From the NCBI GenBank assembly GCA_977016875.1, contig CDRNST010000102.1:868001-932000 (forward strand): DNA of 64,000 bases. Direction: 5' to 3'. The stretch comes from Pavona decussata (taxonomy: Eukaryota). Both the position numbers and the translations under genes were made by a program. A model generated the notes under the pieces. That model had not been told where the DNA came from and ran no database searches. It was given only the letters and a program-made list of their open reading frames with translations. How positions within the stretch are numbered: position 1 is the first letter of the stretch; each line of letters opens with the position of its first letter. Of this stretch, positions 38,301 to 49,900 are shown piece by piece.

Positions 38301-39578
38301 GTTTCCTAAAATGAATGACCCCAGAGAGCACATTACTTTGTGTATGGAATGTCATGTGGCAAGGAATGACGGCTGTTATCAAGGTGGGCGAAGGAAGTGA
38401 AAATTTTCCTGTTTTCTTTACAATTCACCTACAATATAGCATACCTATATTTTAATATTCAGGTTCTTTTTACATTTTGTTGAAAATGTAATAGGAAAGT
38501 CCATACTAATTTTTCCATATTATTTTTTTATAAAGTAAAATTTTTGTTTATACCTTGGTGTCCATGGCCTCCACCTCTGCTCCGATTCACTGCTTTGCTT
38601 GTTTTGAATTTGTGGATTTCTTACTTCCACTGTCACAGATAAAAAACACAAGTCTTGAAGTAAGTTACGAACCTTCATTTTTTTGGAGGTGGAGGTGCCA
38701 GGGGGCATGAAAATTCCTGAAAAATTGTTTGCGAAAGCAAAAAAAAAAAGCCCAAATAAATTGTTTGCACACACATAAAAAAAATTGTCAGCAGGAAAGT
38801 GCAGCAGGAAAAAAAAAATCCCATAGGCAAAAAAATGCTTGTCTTGAAAAAATTTTCATCCTCCCAGCCTCCAAAAAAAATAATGGTGCATCCCTAAGCC
38901 TGATTTATGACATTTCACATGATCTGAGTGCACTCGTACTATAAACGACTGCAAGTAATTTAAAACGGCTTTGAAATTTTTATTTTACCCTATTTTTTGA
39001 CACTTTTCCTTACCTATGTCGTTGATTTTGAATGACTTGGTGAGGCTATCAATGTAATTTTCACTGCCCCAGCAGTTAACATTGATGAAGTCGATAGGCG
39101 TGTCTCTTAGAGTGAAAAAGAAGTGACATTTTTCTCTCCCTGGGTCTATAAATTTGGAAAAAAAAGATATTTATATTATTAATATCAAGCATGTTTACTT
39201 TAAATACAAAACTAACCAAGCTCCTATAACAGACTAAAATGTTTGTAACAAAGTTTTAGCTTACTCTTTCTGTCTGGAAATGAATGGACTGGCTGCTTGG
39301 CTATGACGAGTCCCACAAGGTTCTTCGACGCAACGAAAAATAGAGAAACAATTGCGAACTTTAGTACAACATAGTCCTTCCAAATACAAAAGCATACCGA
39401 ACTAGGGCAATAAAAGAGAGTTTGAGTTGAAATTTCAGGTTTTACTCACGCAGTTGCTCATTCCGTGACAAAGGTCTCGGATGGAAGTTCGTCCATTGAA
39501 AGTTTCTCCTTCGCCGGCCGCAAGGCCTGTGCCGTCCGGCCAAGCTGATTGTGTACCAAAGCCGTTAAAAGTCATCAT
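25842..39578 (-). CDS. MEIOB: Meiosis-specific OB-fold protein MEIOB, complete, 13 coding exons
   Basis: Exons with GT-AG boundaries and consistent phases: 39578-39450, 39322-39265, 39145-39014, 38629-38554, 37864-37672, 37320-37220, 37122-37070, 36686-36591, 36317-36216, 35591-35432, 35066-34871, 26931-26845, 25970-25842 (TAG). Peptides match MEIOB in order: GLVIAKQ..FPDRK, FTLRDT..FINVNCWG, YTLGDIIAN, RCEVLLFDET, WDEDTIELAQTWMP, GILYAFVT, zinc ribbon CAVC..CSNPEC, LSDHTGT, LKVQFLLEKCKVFFK, LLSCTLADPNEA. Confidence 0.93.
26281..26329. repeat. (TAT)n microsatellite, possibly a LINE tail
   Basis: About 16 perfect TAT units. Confidence 0.9.
27348..27586 (-). repeat. 3' LTR (239 bp)
   Basis: No differences from 33422-33660 on manual comparison; preceded on the minus strand by a polypurine tract. 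Confidence 0.96.
27752..33379 (-). CDS. BEL/Pao Gag-Pol polyprotein
   Basis: First ATG at 33379 (MSEGDL). Domains in order: Gag LPKLTLPKF..FWDTF; three Cys/His knuckles; protease LFDSGSQRSY; RT DIEKAF, FGLRPSP, YVDD; RNase H HGFSDASERAYAA; integrase HHCC, GIDFAGP, SDNAKTF, WERLV. PR-RT-RH-IN in a single ORF is the BEL/Pao layout. Confidence 0.96.
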   Translation of the reverse strand: MSEGDLPRLRATRGANRGVITKLIVEADTILENATSELDIKTKNKLTRIEEMLKEKSKLVSDLDEKIVSVCKVEEIEKEIDEAETLKMRVMDALANISLTTTPSNTSTTYTTTGGSAAQFTENNPSTPTGSLSTPPSTQAIQTTGSPPASSAPPSPNQTSQHSGTPPTTNAATSKLPKLTLPKFRGEVTHFKPFWDTFESAVHSNPNLSKIVKFNYLVAQLEGAASRAIAGLPITEDNYQAAVDILMKRFGKPQQIIASHMDELLKISVCSSERPSQLRYLYDKISVNVRGLEALGIKSAQYGSLLIPVIMSKLPPDIRIHVARNTSQDVWEIEPLLDLLQREIEAREMSERVKTVPPLESKRQPPPHFVPDKSKVLPPTIPPGTSGAYLADSQTQQFAPTCVYCSGKHFSASCETVTELNARRTILARDKRCFMCLRKGHQQDQCQKTCRRCDKRHHQSICPRNANSSNNNNNNAQNTERPLNSDRSTQERPRDQTINERENTGITTATTTNRESSKPNCRVLLQTAKAVATNEDGTRSTVVRLLFDSGSQRSYITENLRATLHLKSLQTERLNLNTFGEAKYKKQNCDVVKLQVRRSGCEDAIIISALTFPVICSPLPGKVSVNYPHLDGLELADEPFDAEGSIDILIGCDYYWHFVTGETRRGDEGPIAVNSKLGWLLSGPVKGTLDRSYVTHSNLIIEGHDDLFARNEDDVLTNTLKNFWETEAIGIKDLTQQETKESFKIDVAWSEDRYEVNLPWKENCLPLSSNNYLLCESRLRSLHHKLRKDPELLAEYDNIIQDQLSKGIIEQVPNKEKIAARHHYLPHHAVVRKDRETTKVRIVYDGSAKSGNQEKSLNDCLETGPNHIPHVFNMLARFRKNPVGITADIEKAFLMVGIQEDHRDFLRFLWLRNPDCVKPEIVQYRFTRLVFGLRPSPAILGATILHHLQLHKQSDPEIAELLEQSLYVDDLLTGESDEERGLSVYKRCKKVMSSGGFNLRKWRSNSRKLQMQITKLESSPGSANTQQEVTNVNKEDDESFAKSSVGCDSTTSDNEEVVVKILGMNWNTLTDEIFFNFSDLCPFAQALPLTKRSVLKVTAKIFDPMGFLTPLTIEMKILFQELCINKTNWDEELQGTLLHRWKSFLQDLKFIGGYRIPRCYFSRQPVTSQIHGFSDASERAYAAVVYIRNTYSDGRIEVKLVASKSRVAPIKAQTIPRLELLGALILARLVNKLKSIGAEYTTVLWSDSTTALCWIKNERVWKQYIGQRVEEIRRLTPKDLWRHCPGELNPADLPSRGLSAKELSASNTWWNGPSFLYQSENEWPETSPSEQVNEEQILQEAVKNVPDVTHSLITTACDKFNPKVDQIIDIGRFSDRTKLIRVTALVIKFINKLKNRTLENRKEEMEDLTTTELKDAENLWIHSVQASSFTDELSFLTRRDSKSTPPIRVPQLGLFLDDDGIIRCKGRIANASLSSSARTPILLPAKHAFTNLTIRNIHDLVKHSGIRDTLTNLRERFWILRGRETVKKIIRHCVVCRRFDAAPCKPPPFADLPTNRVSDDPPFTNVGIDFAGPFYVKENVNNAECVKVYVCLFTCASTRAVHLELTRGLGVQDFLLAFRRFTSRRGLPANLQSDNAKTFKSSSKDIRKLVRSPDVWRYLTNNQISWNFIVEKAPWWGGYWERLVRSVKSPIQKTIGKSTLTHEELSTLLTEIEGLINARPLTYVYDDEESISYPLTPSDLIYGRRVTTTPNSQHFEITSTYDSLTKRLKHHRHLLGQFTRQWRNEYLTSLREHAIKNARLRGDNGDTGVKVGDIVILKNDSVRRSFWKLAKVEELHPGRDGKVRAVSVRVTSTNGSSIQRLRRPIQHVVPLEVNS
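33390..33421 (-). promoter_or_regulatory. Primer binding site complementary to tRNA-Lys(CUU), extended
   Basis: TGGCGCCCAACGTGGGGC is the known tRNA-Lys1,2 PBS; complementarity continues to 30 of 32 nt against the metazoan tRNA-Lys(CUU) sequence as I recall it. Confidence 0.88.
33422..33660 (-). repeat. 5' LTR (239 bp)
   Basis: Identical to the 3' LTR; immediately followed on the minus strand by TGGCGCCCAACGTGGGGC. Confidence 0.96.
33747..34172. mobile_element. Composite PIF/Harbinger-type MITE
   Basis: TIR AGGCTGGTTTCCATATGATCGC, outer TAA/TAA TSD, internal GATCGCA repeats, and an inner full copy at 33841-34065. Confidence 0.8.
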
Positions 39579-39761
39579 TCGTTTACTCAAAAGGGACGAA
39601 AAATTGGCAAACAAAAGTGGCAATTATCTTTCCTTCACGAATGTCTTGTGTTTTGTGATGATTGGTTTGGTTTTTGTAAACAAATGTTTTGCGCGGGAAA
39701 AATCGACGTCTAGCGCGGCATGCACTATCCTTCCCATAATTCCCTTATCTATCCTTTCTAA

Positions 39762-39975
39762 AGGCTGGTTTCCATATGATTGCGGATCGCAGGTCTGTGA
39801 TCGTCTGCGATCATATGGAAACCGATGGAAACCAGCCTTTAGATAGAACATGGTTCTATCTTCTGCGATCGCGATCGCAGGATCGCAGACGATCGCAGAA
39901 GTAGTTTCCATATGATCGCAGACGATCGCAGACCTTATTGCGATCTGCGATCCGCGATCATATGGAAACCAGCCT
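39762..39975. mobile_element. Second copy of the same Harbinger-type MITE family, in the MEIOB-BTAF1 intergenic region
   Basis: Same TIRs and GATCGCA repeats as 33747-34172. Confidence 0.8.
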
Positions 39976-39981
39976 ATAAGA

Positions 39982-40503
39982 ATAGGTCTTATCACGGTTT
40001 TCGACGCCATTTTGACGAGTAGGCAAACAGGCTTGAAATAACAGTGTTTGTATGGAAATCCGATGTCAAATAATTTTCATAAAACATCGCTTCTGAAAAA
40101 TTCATGAATTGGAAACGTTTGGCACTAGGAAAAGGATTTTAAGAAAAAAAAATTGGAGGGATGTAGTTGTGCCAGAAAGCGTCCAGTCGTGTTTTGAATT
40201 TCCCATACGTTTGTCTGTATAGCGAAACAGCCGTGAACTGCTACTAAAAATAGTTCGCGGGAAAAAATACAGGGAAATGTATGGAAAGTTCAAAACACAA
40301 CTGGACGCTTTCTGGCACTGCTACAGCCCTCCAATTTTTTTCTTAAAATCCTTTTCCTAATGCCAAAAGTTTCCAATTCATGAATTTTTCAGAAGCGACG
40401 TTTTATGAAAATTATTCGACATCGGATTTCCATACAAACACTGTTATTTAAAGCCTGTTTGCCTACTCGTCAAAATGGCGTCCAAAACCGTGATAAGGCC
40501 TAT
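39982..40503. mobile_element. ~520-bp foldback (palindromic) MITE
   Basis: ATAGGTCTTATCACGGTTTT...AAAACCGTGATAAGGCCTAT; the arms are near-perfect reverse complements over about 230 bp. Confidence 0.85.
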
Positions 40504-40935
40504 CGAATCAGATACACTGGAAATATCGAAATATCTCCTGTTGTTTATTGGCCAAAAAAATAAACTAACCAAGCCCATCTTCAGCTGAAAAGAACCATGA
40601 CCTTTCCTTGAAAGTCCCAAAAACTACTTTGCTTGTACGTATTGTCCGACTCCCCAATTCGTGAAAACAAAAAAAAAATTGGATTTCACAAAAATACTAA
40701 CCTCTCCCGGTAACCAAGTTATCGGACCTCTCGAGAAACAGGCCCTCCAAGTCCTGAACAAATTTTGCGCGGGAAAATTTCGAATAGTATTACCCATAAT
40801 TCCGTTGGACATGTCCACCACAGCGCATGTGCAAAATCAATGGCGGAAGAAGGTTAAAAGAAAAAAACAGGTAGAAAGCGACAGTTATTTTTGGAGAATT
40901 CTCGCCATGTGACGCTCAGCTGTGGACACATTTCA

Positions 40936-43900
40936 ATGGCTACAAGGTATACGGGGTTTTATATTTCAAGAAAGTAAAAAGGAGGCATTTTCGCTTAGGT
41001 TTTGTCTGTGTTCCGCTGTAGACTTGAACGACTTTTTCTGCTTCTCGACACCGGCTCAACTGCAGTCACTCGGAAAGCAGCGGCCCAGCAACTTGGAGAG
41101 GTGCAAAAATTACATCCCCATGAGCTGCAAAATCTACTCAGTAGGGTAAGATAGCTGGTTTTTAGGTTCTTTTCAAAATACCGTAAATAATGAAAGCAAT
41201 CCTAGCTAGCTAATTAACGTTGTAAAATTACTTAATAAGCAAACCGGATACTGTGATCCAGTGAGCTAAATTAAGTTATTTATTAAAAGCCTAATTAACC
41301 TTAGGTCCATTGCTCTGTTGGAGATTAAAGTGTGGAATAATTGTTTGAGAATTTTATATTCTATCTGATGTATATGGATTAAAAAAGTTGATTAACAACA
41401 GAATGTTTACAAAATTTATATACATGCACTTGCAAAATAATGTAAGCTTAACACCTTTTGGTTCTTTACAATGCTACTAAATGAGAACTTAATTTAATTA
41501 AACAGTTATGTCAGTAATACAAATTAAATATTGTGCAAAATAATTTGTAAGTGAGTGCTACTCATGTACTATGGATCTTAGACATCCTTAAAAAATGGTT
41601 TAACAAGATTTCCACGCAGCCCCATACGTTAATATATTTTAGTATATACCATACAAGTGAATAGTACTTTTTGTGCGCGCTGATTGGCTAGCTCGGAGGT
41701 GATTAGCCGAATACTATTCACCTCTGAGCAGCCGAAGAGAAACAAGGTGGCTTCCCGTTTCGCCACAGTTACTTAAAGAGAAAATTGTTTTGATAAAAGA
41801 GGCGGCTCTTAAAATAAGACAAATGGCAACAAAGGTTGGTTTAATGGCATTAAATGATAACTTATTTAATCTTTACAACCTCATATTCTAAGGCAAAAAA
41901 TGAATATACAATCCCTTGTTTACGAAAACTGCCAAACACTAAAATTACAACGAAAACAGTGAAACATCTAATATTTTTCAGCATGGTTTCAACAAAAAGA
42001 CGAATTTCACAGAAAAATTGAAGAAATGACACCGGAGGAAGTAAATAACTGTCTCCAAAAGTTTTACTTGTCTGCAAGAAAGCGAGACGGAACTGTCTTA
42101 CAATAAGAAATCGCTTACTGCGTGGCATGCGAGATTTTAAAATTTCATACCATTTGCGGTATATTGTCAGAAATAAAATAATTTTTTGGTCCACTAGCTT
42201 GTGTGGTATATACTAAAACAATTATTCTCCTCAGTGTCGGTGAAAGTGATGGATATTAACCTCGCCGCTTCGCGGCTCGGTAAATATCCATCACTATTCA
42301 CCTCCACTTCGGTGAATAATTGTTAAATATCTCTCAGTCAGTAGGTGCGGTGAGATTGGTCAATTTCGTTGGGCTGTATTTCAATGTACAGTCTATTAAA
42401 CTGTACTGTAAGTTACAGATCCTCGTTTTTTCCTGTTGATTTATGGCCTGTGCACTTCATGCTTGGGCCATAAATCTACGGGAAAAAACTTGGTCCCTAA
42501 CTTACAGTATAAACCTCAGACTCAGTTAGTAAGAGGTATATATGTTGTAGGTTAATATAGAATCCAGCTTAAAATGATTTCAGCCTAGGTTAATTTGTAT
42601 TTTCCTTTGTTAAGGTTGGGTAATTTACATCTGAAACAAAGGAAAATACAAATCAACCTAGGTTGAAATCATTTTATTTTTAACCTGGGATTCAGTTTAA
42701 CTTACAACATAATACATTTGTCATTTTTGGAATATGGTTAGTATGACAGTGGTGCTTGATAACAATGTCTTGAACTGTGCGGAAATCTTTCTTATGGTTT
42801 GAATGTCGGCCTCAAGAACTTACTTAATAAACTATTTTCTTGTATAAATACACTCAACAAAATGTTATCTCCTGATTGGTCAATAACAAATGTCTAAATA
42901 GGTTATAGAGTGCAAATCTAAATTGTGCACCTATCACCAGCTATTCCATGAGGGGATATCCTGGCATTTGATTGACAATTCGCCTAGTGATGCAAGGAGG
43001 GGAAAGTGAGGGAGGTTTGATTTCTCCTGCCTTACCCTGTGGGGAAAATAGGGGCCTTTGTAGAACAAGAAGCTACGATATAGTCGTTAAAAGTGGATGT
43101 CAATAGACCACTGTATATGAAATTACCTGGGCTCATCTTGTGCTGCGTGCTCTGAACACCTAGACAATGGGGGATTTTGTCAGTTCAGGTATTGCCATGC
43201 GAATCTACCCAGTGATCCAATGTGATATATGTGAGACATGGTACCACAGTTCTTGCGATGTGTTAAAGAAAGATGAGGCTGACCGAGGAGGGTCTGGCTC
43301 CGTCTGGCTCTACTATGACATTGCATTTTTTTCTGTAATGACTCTTGGGGGGGGGGGGGGGGCAATTTTTTCAACTTTGATTGTTCTATGTCCCCTTCCG
43401 ATAGAAGGAAATTATCACGTTCAAGAGGGAACTTTACAAAGCCCCTTCCTCCCCACTTAAATTACATGAAAATAAGCATTCAAGTTCAACTTAAAATATT
43501 TTCTAAATTACAGTGATTACTTTTGAAACTTTTCATGCTTGAGTTGCCTGTGGCAAGGTTTTAATAAAAGAGAGCTCTTTCACAGCCATTGAAACAGTAA
43601 GAGTGACAGCCACAGCAAAAATTTATTGAGAATGTTATGGGTAAAAAACCGTATGAACTGCATGTGCATTTTGTGATTTATGGTCAATATCATGATGTGT
43701 ATGGCTAGTGCAGTTTTGCTGTCTTTCAAACATCACTCATGCCCATAAATCACAAAATGCATTCACATTAATTCAATTTACCAGGCTCTACCTGGTGATT
43801 GAACAACTTACCTTTTAGATGCCAATTTTAATACCAAAATGGTACCCCATTCAAAAGTGTGACAGAGCTTGGTGTGCTAAATTACTTGGCACAACAGTTG

Positions 43901-46900
43901 ATTCAGACTTTGTGCTAACATCAAACTAAATAGACCTTTATCACATGGCGGCCATGTTGAGTCTCAGGAGAATAAAAAGCTTTGTTTTTGCATGGCAAGC
44001 CTCGCACTGAATTCGCCTCTGGCCGAGGCTTGGCGCTCAAAAACAAAGTTTTTTTATTCCCCTGAGACTCAAGATGGACGGTGGAGGATAAGGGTCTATA
44101 CACGGTAATTAGAAAGAATTGAGTTCAGCACAATGCTAGCATGATGTTTGAACCTGGTCTAATTATGTCCAGGTCTTAACAGTGCTCCTTTATTTTAACA
44201 GGTACACGTCTTTCTCAAGAGTAGTAGCTGGGACACAAGAATTGCTGCTGGTCAAGCAGTTGAGGCCATTGCTCAGAATGTGCCTCAGTGGAATCCAGCA
44301 TCCACACAAAAAATCAAGGGTATGAAGCCCTCTCAAAATGTTTTTTAGTGGTTTATTTCTTACAGCGTACTTAGGCCACATTACACCAAGTGGAAAATAA
44401 GGCCCCAAACCAAGCCCCAGTTGTTCAAAGAGCAGAAAATTTTATCCACTGATTAAGTCACTATCCGGCAGATAAAATGCATGCAAGAATTTCCCTATAT
44501 AGCTGTATAATTTGTGTATAAAGTAGAAGCGTCGGTCTGATTTGAGCATGGGATTGTGTGAAAAACTTGCCAAAAGCTTTTGTTTGTCATTTTATCCGCT
44601 GGATAACAACTTATCCACTGGATAAAGTTATTCCCCCTTTGAAGCGCTGGGGCCAGGGGCCAGAACAGAAGTCATTATTTGTTAGCTTTGAATACTAAAT
44701 TTTAAAATCTTACAATTCTATGAAAACATTGGCCAAATACCATGTCTGTAATCATTGTGTAATCGATGAAAAAAAAAAAAGTTTAAAAATATACTTATTG
44801 GGCGCGGTAGACTTCGGAGAAATAGGCCCCAGCACGCTATTCACTTGCACCCTGGTTGGTTCCCCCTGGATACTTCCAGGTTACTTTCACACCCAAGCGT
44901 CATCGCCTGTTAGTCAAGTTAAAGGTTATTGTTCGCATCTGGTTAGGTCTCTGTAGTTTACTGGTTGGTCTGATTGGTCCCATGCCCAAACCCCAACCTG
45001 GAAGACCTGGGGATGTCCTTCATCAACCTCGTCCCATCCACTCCCCTTCCACCACTCTGGCAAGGATGAATTAACCTACATGTACTATTCAGGGTCACCA
45101 GCAAACATAGAGCTGTGTGCATCACTGAGACACGTTGGATTTTGAGCTGCCTATGGTTCAGTGTAAAGGTTAACCTTTATAATAAACCTGTAAAATGCCT
45201 ACTTCTAGATTTTACCCATCTACTCTGAAATGCAATGAGAAACTCCTGTGTTTGTACTGATTAACAATGATTTATCAACTCATGCATCTATTGTTTTAAT
45301 TTCAAATAAGAATTTTAATTCTTCATCTACCACTTCAAGAAATAAATAAATAAATAAAAAATAAATAAATAAATAAATAAATAAGCTAATAAGTAAATAA
45401 GCAGCTAAATGAGTGAATCTTGTGTTACTGAGATTCTGAAATTGTTTTATATTGTTGTACTTTTAGAGGAGCCAGTAGAGAGTAGCAAAGTGGACGCAAG
45501 TGGTGAAACAGCTGAGAGTGATCTGTTGGAGTTTTCCAAATTTGATATCAATCGTGTACTAAAACATGGAGAGCGGCTGGTAGGATCCTCAGGGGCTGAG
45601 TATGACCTTCCTGATGAAGATCTTATAGGTAGTTACAGTATATTATTTTTCAACTCTTCGAGAAGTATTTTGTTAATGGCTTTGTGAGAATGTGTAATGC
45701 AACTCTCAAATTATTGTGTTAATAAATTAAATTCATTTTGGTTTCCTTACTTGTACCAGCTGCCATCACCTAAATTACTGATATGGCTATGACTGGATAA
45801 TTTTCTAGCAATACTGATTACTCCAGGTGTACACTGTAAAGGTCTGTATATCTGAGATGTACAGGTTAATTATTAAGACAGTCAAGTGCGGTTGTTAGAG
45901 TATCCAGCCAGTGGATAGAGGAATGGGGGTTTAACTGCACTGGGGACTAAAAATATTGTCTTTCAGTTCCAATTATAAATTAACAATTAACAATAAATAT
46001 TAACAATGGGAAATTTAAAAGCAAAAATAGACGATAATCGTATCTAATTTTTAGCACACTTGAATGTTACATGTATTTCTACATTTCAAACTTAAATTTA
46101 GAATTTAGACATTTCCAACATTTTAACGCCAAATTTTTTTCTGACAGAGTGGAGGTTCCTTTTTAATATTCTTCACTAAATTGTATTAATTATTTCTAGG
46201 ACTTGAACCAAAGGAGAGGCTAAGTAGGCAGCAGAAGCTTCTAAGAAAACGGCTTGGCTTGGACATTGCTCCTGGTATAGATGTTGGAATGGATAAATTA
46301 TTTGATGATGAAGATCTCTTGGTTAGTACCCATGAGATAAAAGGAAAGTCCTTGAACAAACAAAAATCATTTGAGGTGAGTGTAGCAAGTTGTGACATGT
46401 GTGCTTTGTTTGTTATTTGATGTCTTTTATTTAATTTGCCCCTGTTGTCTGCCTTACACATCTATAACGTATTACTGGTACATACAAGTAATATATCAAA
46501 CACCAAGAAGAGCGTTTCATCCAATTTCCAAACACCGAGAAGTGGGTAAAAACAAAAATGAAGCGCAGCCAAGATTTTGTTAACAGTAACTAATTTTGAG
46601 TTTTTTGGAAATCAGATGAAACACACTTTTGAGTACTTGATATAGTTTCTCAAACCATTATAATCCTTGGAGAAATTCAGAGCAAACGTTTACCCAATTT
46701 TATGATTATTTAGATCACATTTTCAAACCTCCTTCACAGCAGTGATTTCTTTTTTCTCTTTATGAATTATTAAGGAGTTTGACAATTTATTATTACAACC
46801 CAAGCTGTGGTCACCCTCGGGGAATAGCTCAGTGACTGCTTAATACAGGCTGACCGCTTAATTAACCCTTTAACCCCTCATCACCAAAGACCAAATCTTC

Positions 46901-49900
46901 CTATCTTACAGTACATGTAAATGAAAAATCTTGTCCCCATATTAAAGTACTGGGGAGATTGTTATTGACATAATTAAGTAACATAACACATAACATTGCA
47001 TTTTATTCAGGAGGCCTTGTCAACACAAATACAAAACATCCTGAATAGGAAAATCATGTAGTTAACCCTGTATAAAAACAATTTCCCTGACAAAAAACGT
47101 ACAAAAATATTTTAAAATTTTCTAGAACTACCGGTAGATAGAGATAGAGACAGAAATAGAAATAGAAATAGAAATAGAAATAGAAATAGAAATAGAAATA
47201 GAAAATTCTGCTTGGGTGATCAAAATTATCCTAAATTCTCCTGCCCTCAGGGATTGAATAAGCATTGATGATGAGAAATTTGATGCTAATCACTGTTAGG
47301 GCTTAAAGGGTTAATACATGTTGCACAGAATACGTGTCAAACACAATAAAAGCACCATTTCATGCAGCATTTCACATTTGGTTTACAACTTAATTTACGG
47401 TTTATACATGTACACAAAAGCACTTACAAAATAACTTCCTTGGTTAACAAACTGCAACCATTTAATGGTATGACAAAGGAGTGTATAGTGTGAAAGTGGA
47501 CTAATTAATAAAACATTAATGCCAAGATCCTGCAGTCAGTATTGCAGGGCATTAGAAATTCAGTTTATACCTGGCAGGCTATTCGTTACTCTGTTTTAGT
47601 ACAATTTTCTTTTACAAAGTGACAAGGCAATTTAGAGATAGCTTGTTGGGACTTAGAAAAGGCCTGTGACCATGACCACTTAACAGAGGGAACTGCTTGT
47701 TAGAGGTCAAAATTGCAGTAGTTATTGGGAGTAATTTTCAGGATTTTAACAAATGACTGCTCAATAGAGGGTGACCGCTTAGTACCAGTGCCGCTTAATA
47801 CTTTTGCTCTCCAAATAATGGACATGATTGGATGCCAGTCAAAATGTTTGCCTGACTAAAATGAATAAAATTCTAGGCCAATACAAACATGTACATACCG
47901 GGGGTGGGGGGGGGGTGGGGTGGGTATATAAATACATGTTGTCAAGATTGAGGTTTATAACATGAAGAAATAATGGGTCTAGATTTTTATGGGAGACTTG
48001 AAGTAAGTTCCAGCAGTGTCCTTTGTCTGAGATTACAGGTAGGCTCACAAAAATAGGACTGGTATACACTGTGGTCAAGTGTATGATTATTCTCTTATTT
48101 TTGTTTAGGCTTTCTGTTAAATGATAATGATAATTTATTAAAGTAACTACAGTATGTTTACTACATGTACCTTTTTAGAGCGCAGCTGAGGTTGTGGCAG
48201 CAGAGATAGCTGCAATTAGTTCTTCATCAATGAGTTCACGAGAAAAGAACAGAGCCATCAGAAAAGCCAAAATGTTAGCCAAGCAGAGATCTAAGGATGC
48301 ATCAAAAGAAGGCGATTCTTTGCAGTCCAACAGGTGAGGTATCATTTTAATATGTATATGCATGTATGAGGCTGTAAGTGTCTGGTAAGTTGGTATTTTG
48401 ACCAGCAAGGACAGTGACAATGCTTCTCCACCACATGAAAGCTGGTTTCTCTTTTTATGACCATCAACAATAGTAATTACAGTTAACTGTACTTTGCTTT
48501 TGAACAGAACTTCTTCAGAGATTAATGTAGAACCGATATAATGCAGTTTTACAGCATCCTTTGTCAAGGGTCTAACATCTGCAATTTGTTGCCATTTCAC
48601 TGATTAGTTTACCATCCATTTCTGGTTTTTTTTTTTTAAACTTAAGCAATATCTCATTGAAAGGTGTGACACAAGTTCAATGTGTGTTGTTTTTATTTCT
48701 CTTTGCTCACTCTGCATTAAGCCACATTTTAATTTACTAGTCTCAGGATTAGTCTATTTATATATTAAGCCAATAGCTTTAGTAGGCTTACTTGTCACGT
48801 TTACTAATGTCTGTACAGCTGTAATTAATTTTATTATCAACAGTATCTGTTCAACCTGTTTTCCATGTTCTGTTTGTGTGGGTGACTAATTTCCTTCGAA
48901 ATTTCACGAATCTTCTTAAATTGTCGTTCCAATTTTTGTTGGTACATTCGCATATACTTTCGAAATTTCGAAAGTGTCAAGACAATAGCGCTTTTGAAAA
49001 TTCGTCGAAAGTTCGGTGATATTTTGTTTCGTTAAAAATGGCTGGTTTTCGTCGAAAAGTGGCGAAATGTCTCAAAATTTGTCAAAATTCGCTCTCATTA
49101 CTTCTAACTGTACATAGTAACTGTTACTAACTAACTACCTAACTAACTGACTGACTGACTGACTAAATAAATGAATAGAGAAATAAATGAATAAAAAGTT
49201 TTTCCCCTGCCAACAGTTTGTTGCTATTGAATTAATTAAAAATATACTGCTATTAACCACTTTGATTTGTTTTCCTGTCAATCCAACTCATCATAGTTTT
49301 GATAATGATGTGGACACAGAGCATGGACCAGCTTCCAAGAAACGCAAGACAGCCAGTGTTATTGTTGACCAACCTGCAGAATCTGATAAGATGGTTGTCG
49401 ATCAGGTTACTGATGTTTCAGCAACATTTGAAGAGGTGTGGTATTACTTTATCTTAATATATACCTTAAAGTGACAATTTAATAAAAAAAAAAAACGACT
49501 TTAGTATGCACTTGTGCATGTACATAACTGCTATATCATCTGTAGTACCAGTTAACAGGTTGAAAATGCTGTGTTTTTGATTTAGTGCCCACTGCACTTG
49601 TCTCCCAGTGCCATGTGGCCCACGTCCGACTCCCAGACTTGATGTTATACATGGCTTTTGTTGTTGATTCTCCTTCGTGTGCTGTGCATTTTTTCTACGG
49701 GCACTCTGGTTTTCTCCCCTCAAAAACCATTGTTTCCAAATTCTGTGTCTGGAGAGCATTGCCCCCAATTATTGCTCTGTACTAAATCCATTGACATTTA
49801 AATAAATAAAAGTGATTCATTTATTTACTTGTCTTACACCTACAGCAAGCTTTGTTTTACTTTTAAGTTAGAAAATGCAATATAAATATAATAAATTTAA

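Larger units (their letters stand above)
39579..40935. promoter_or_regulatory. Bidirectional promoter region of MEIOB and BTAF1
   Basis: Divergent start codons about 1.36 kb apart; GCGCGGGAAA at 39691 and 40767; (T/A)CCCATAATTCC at ~39732 and ~40792. Confidence 0.65.
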
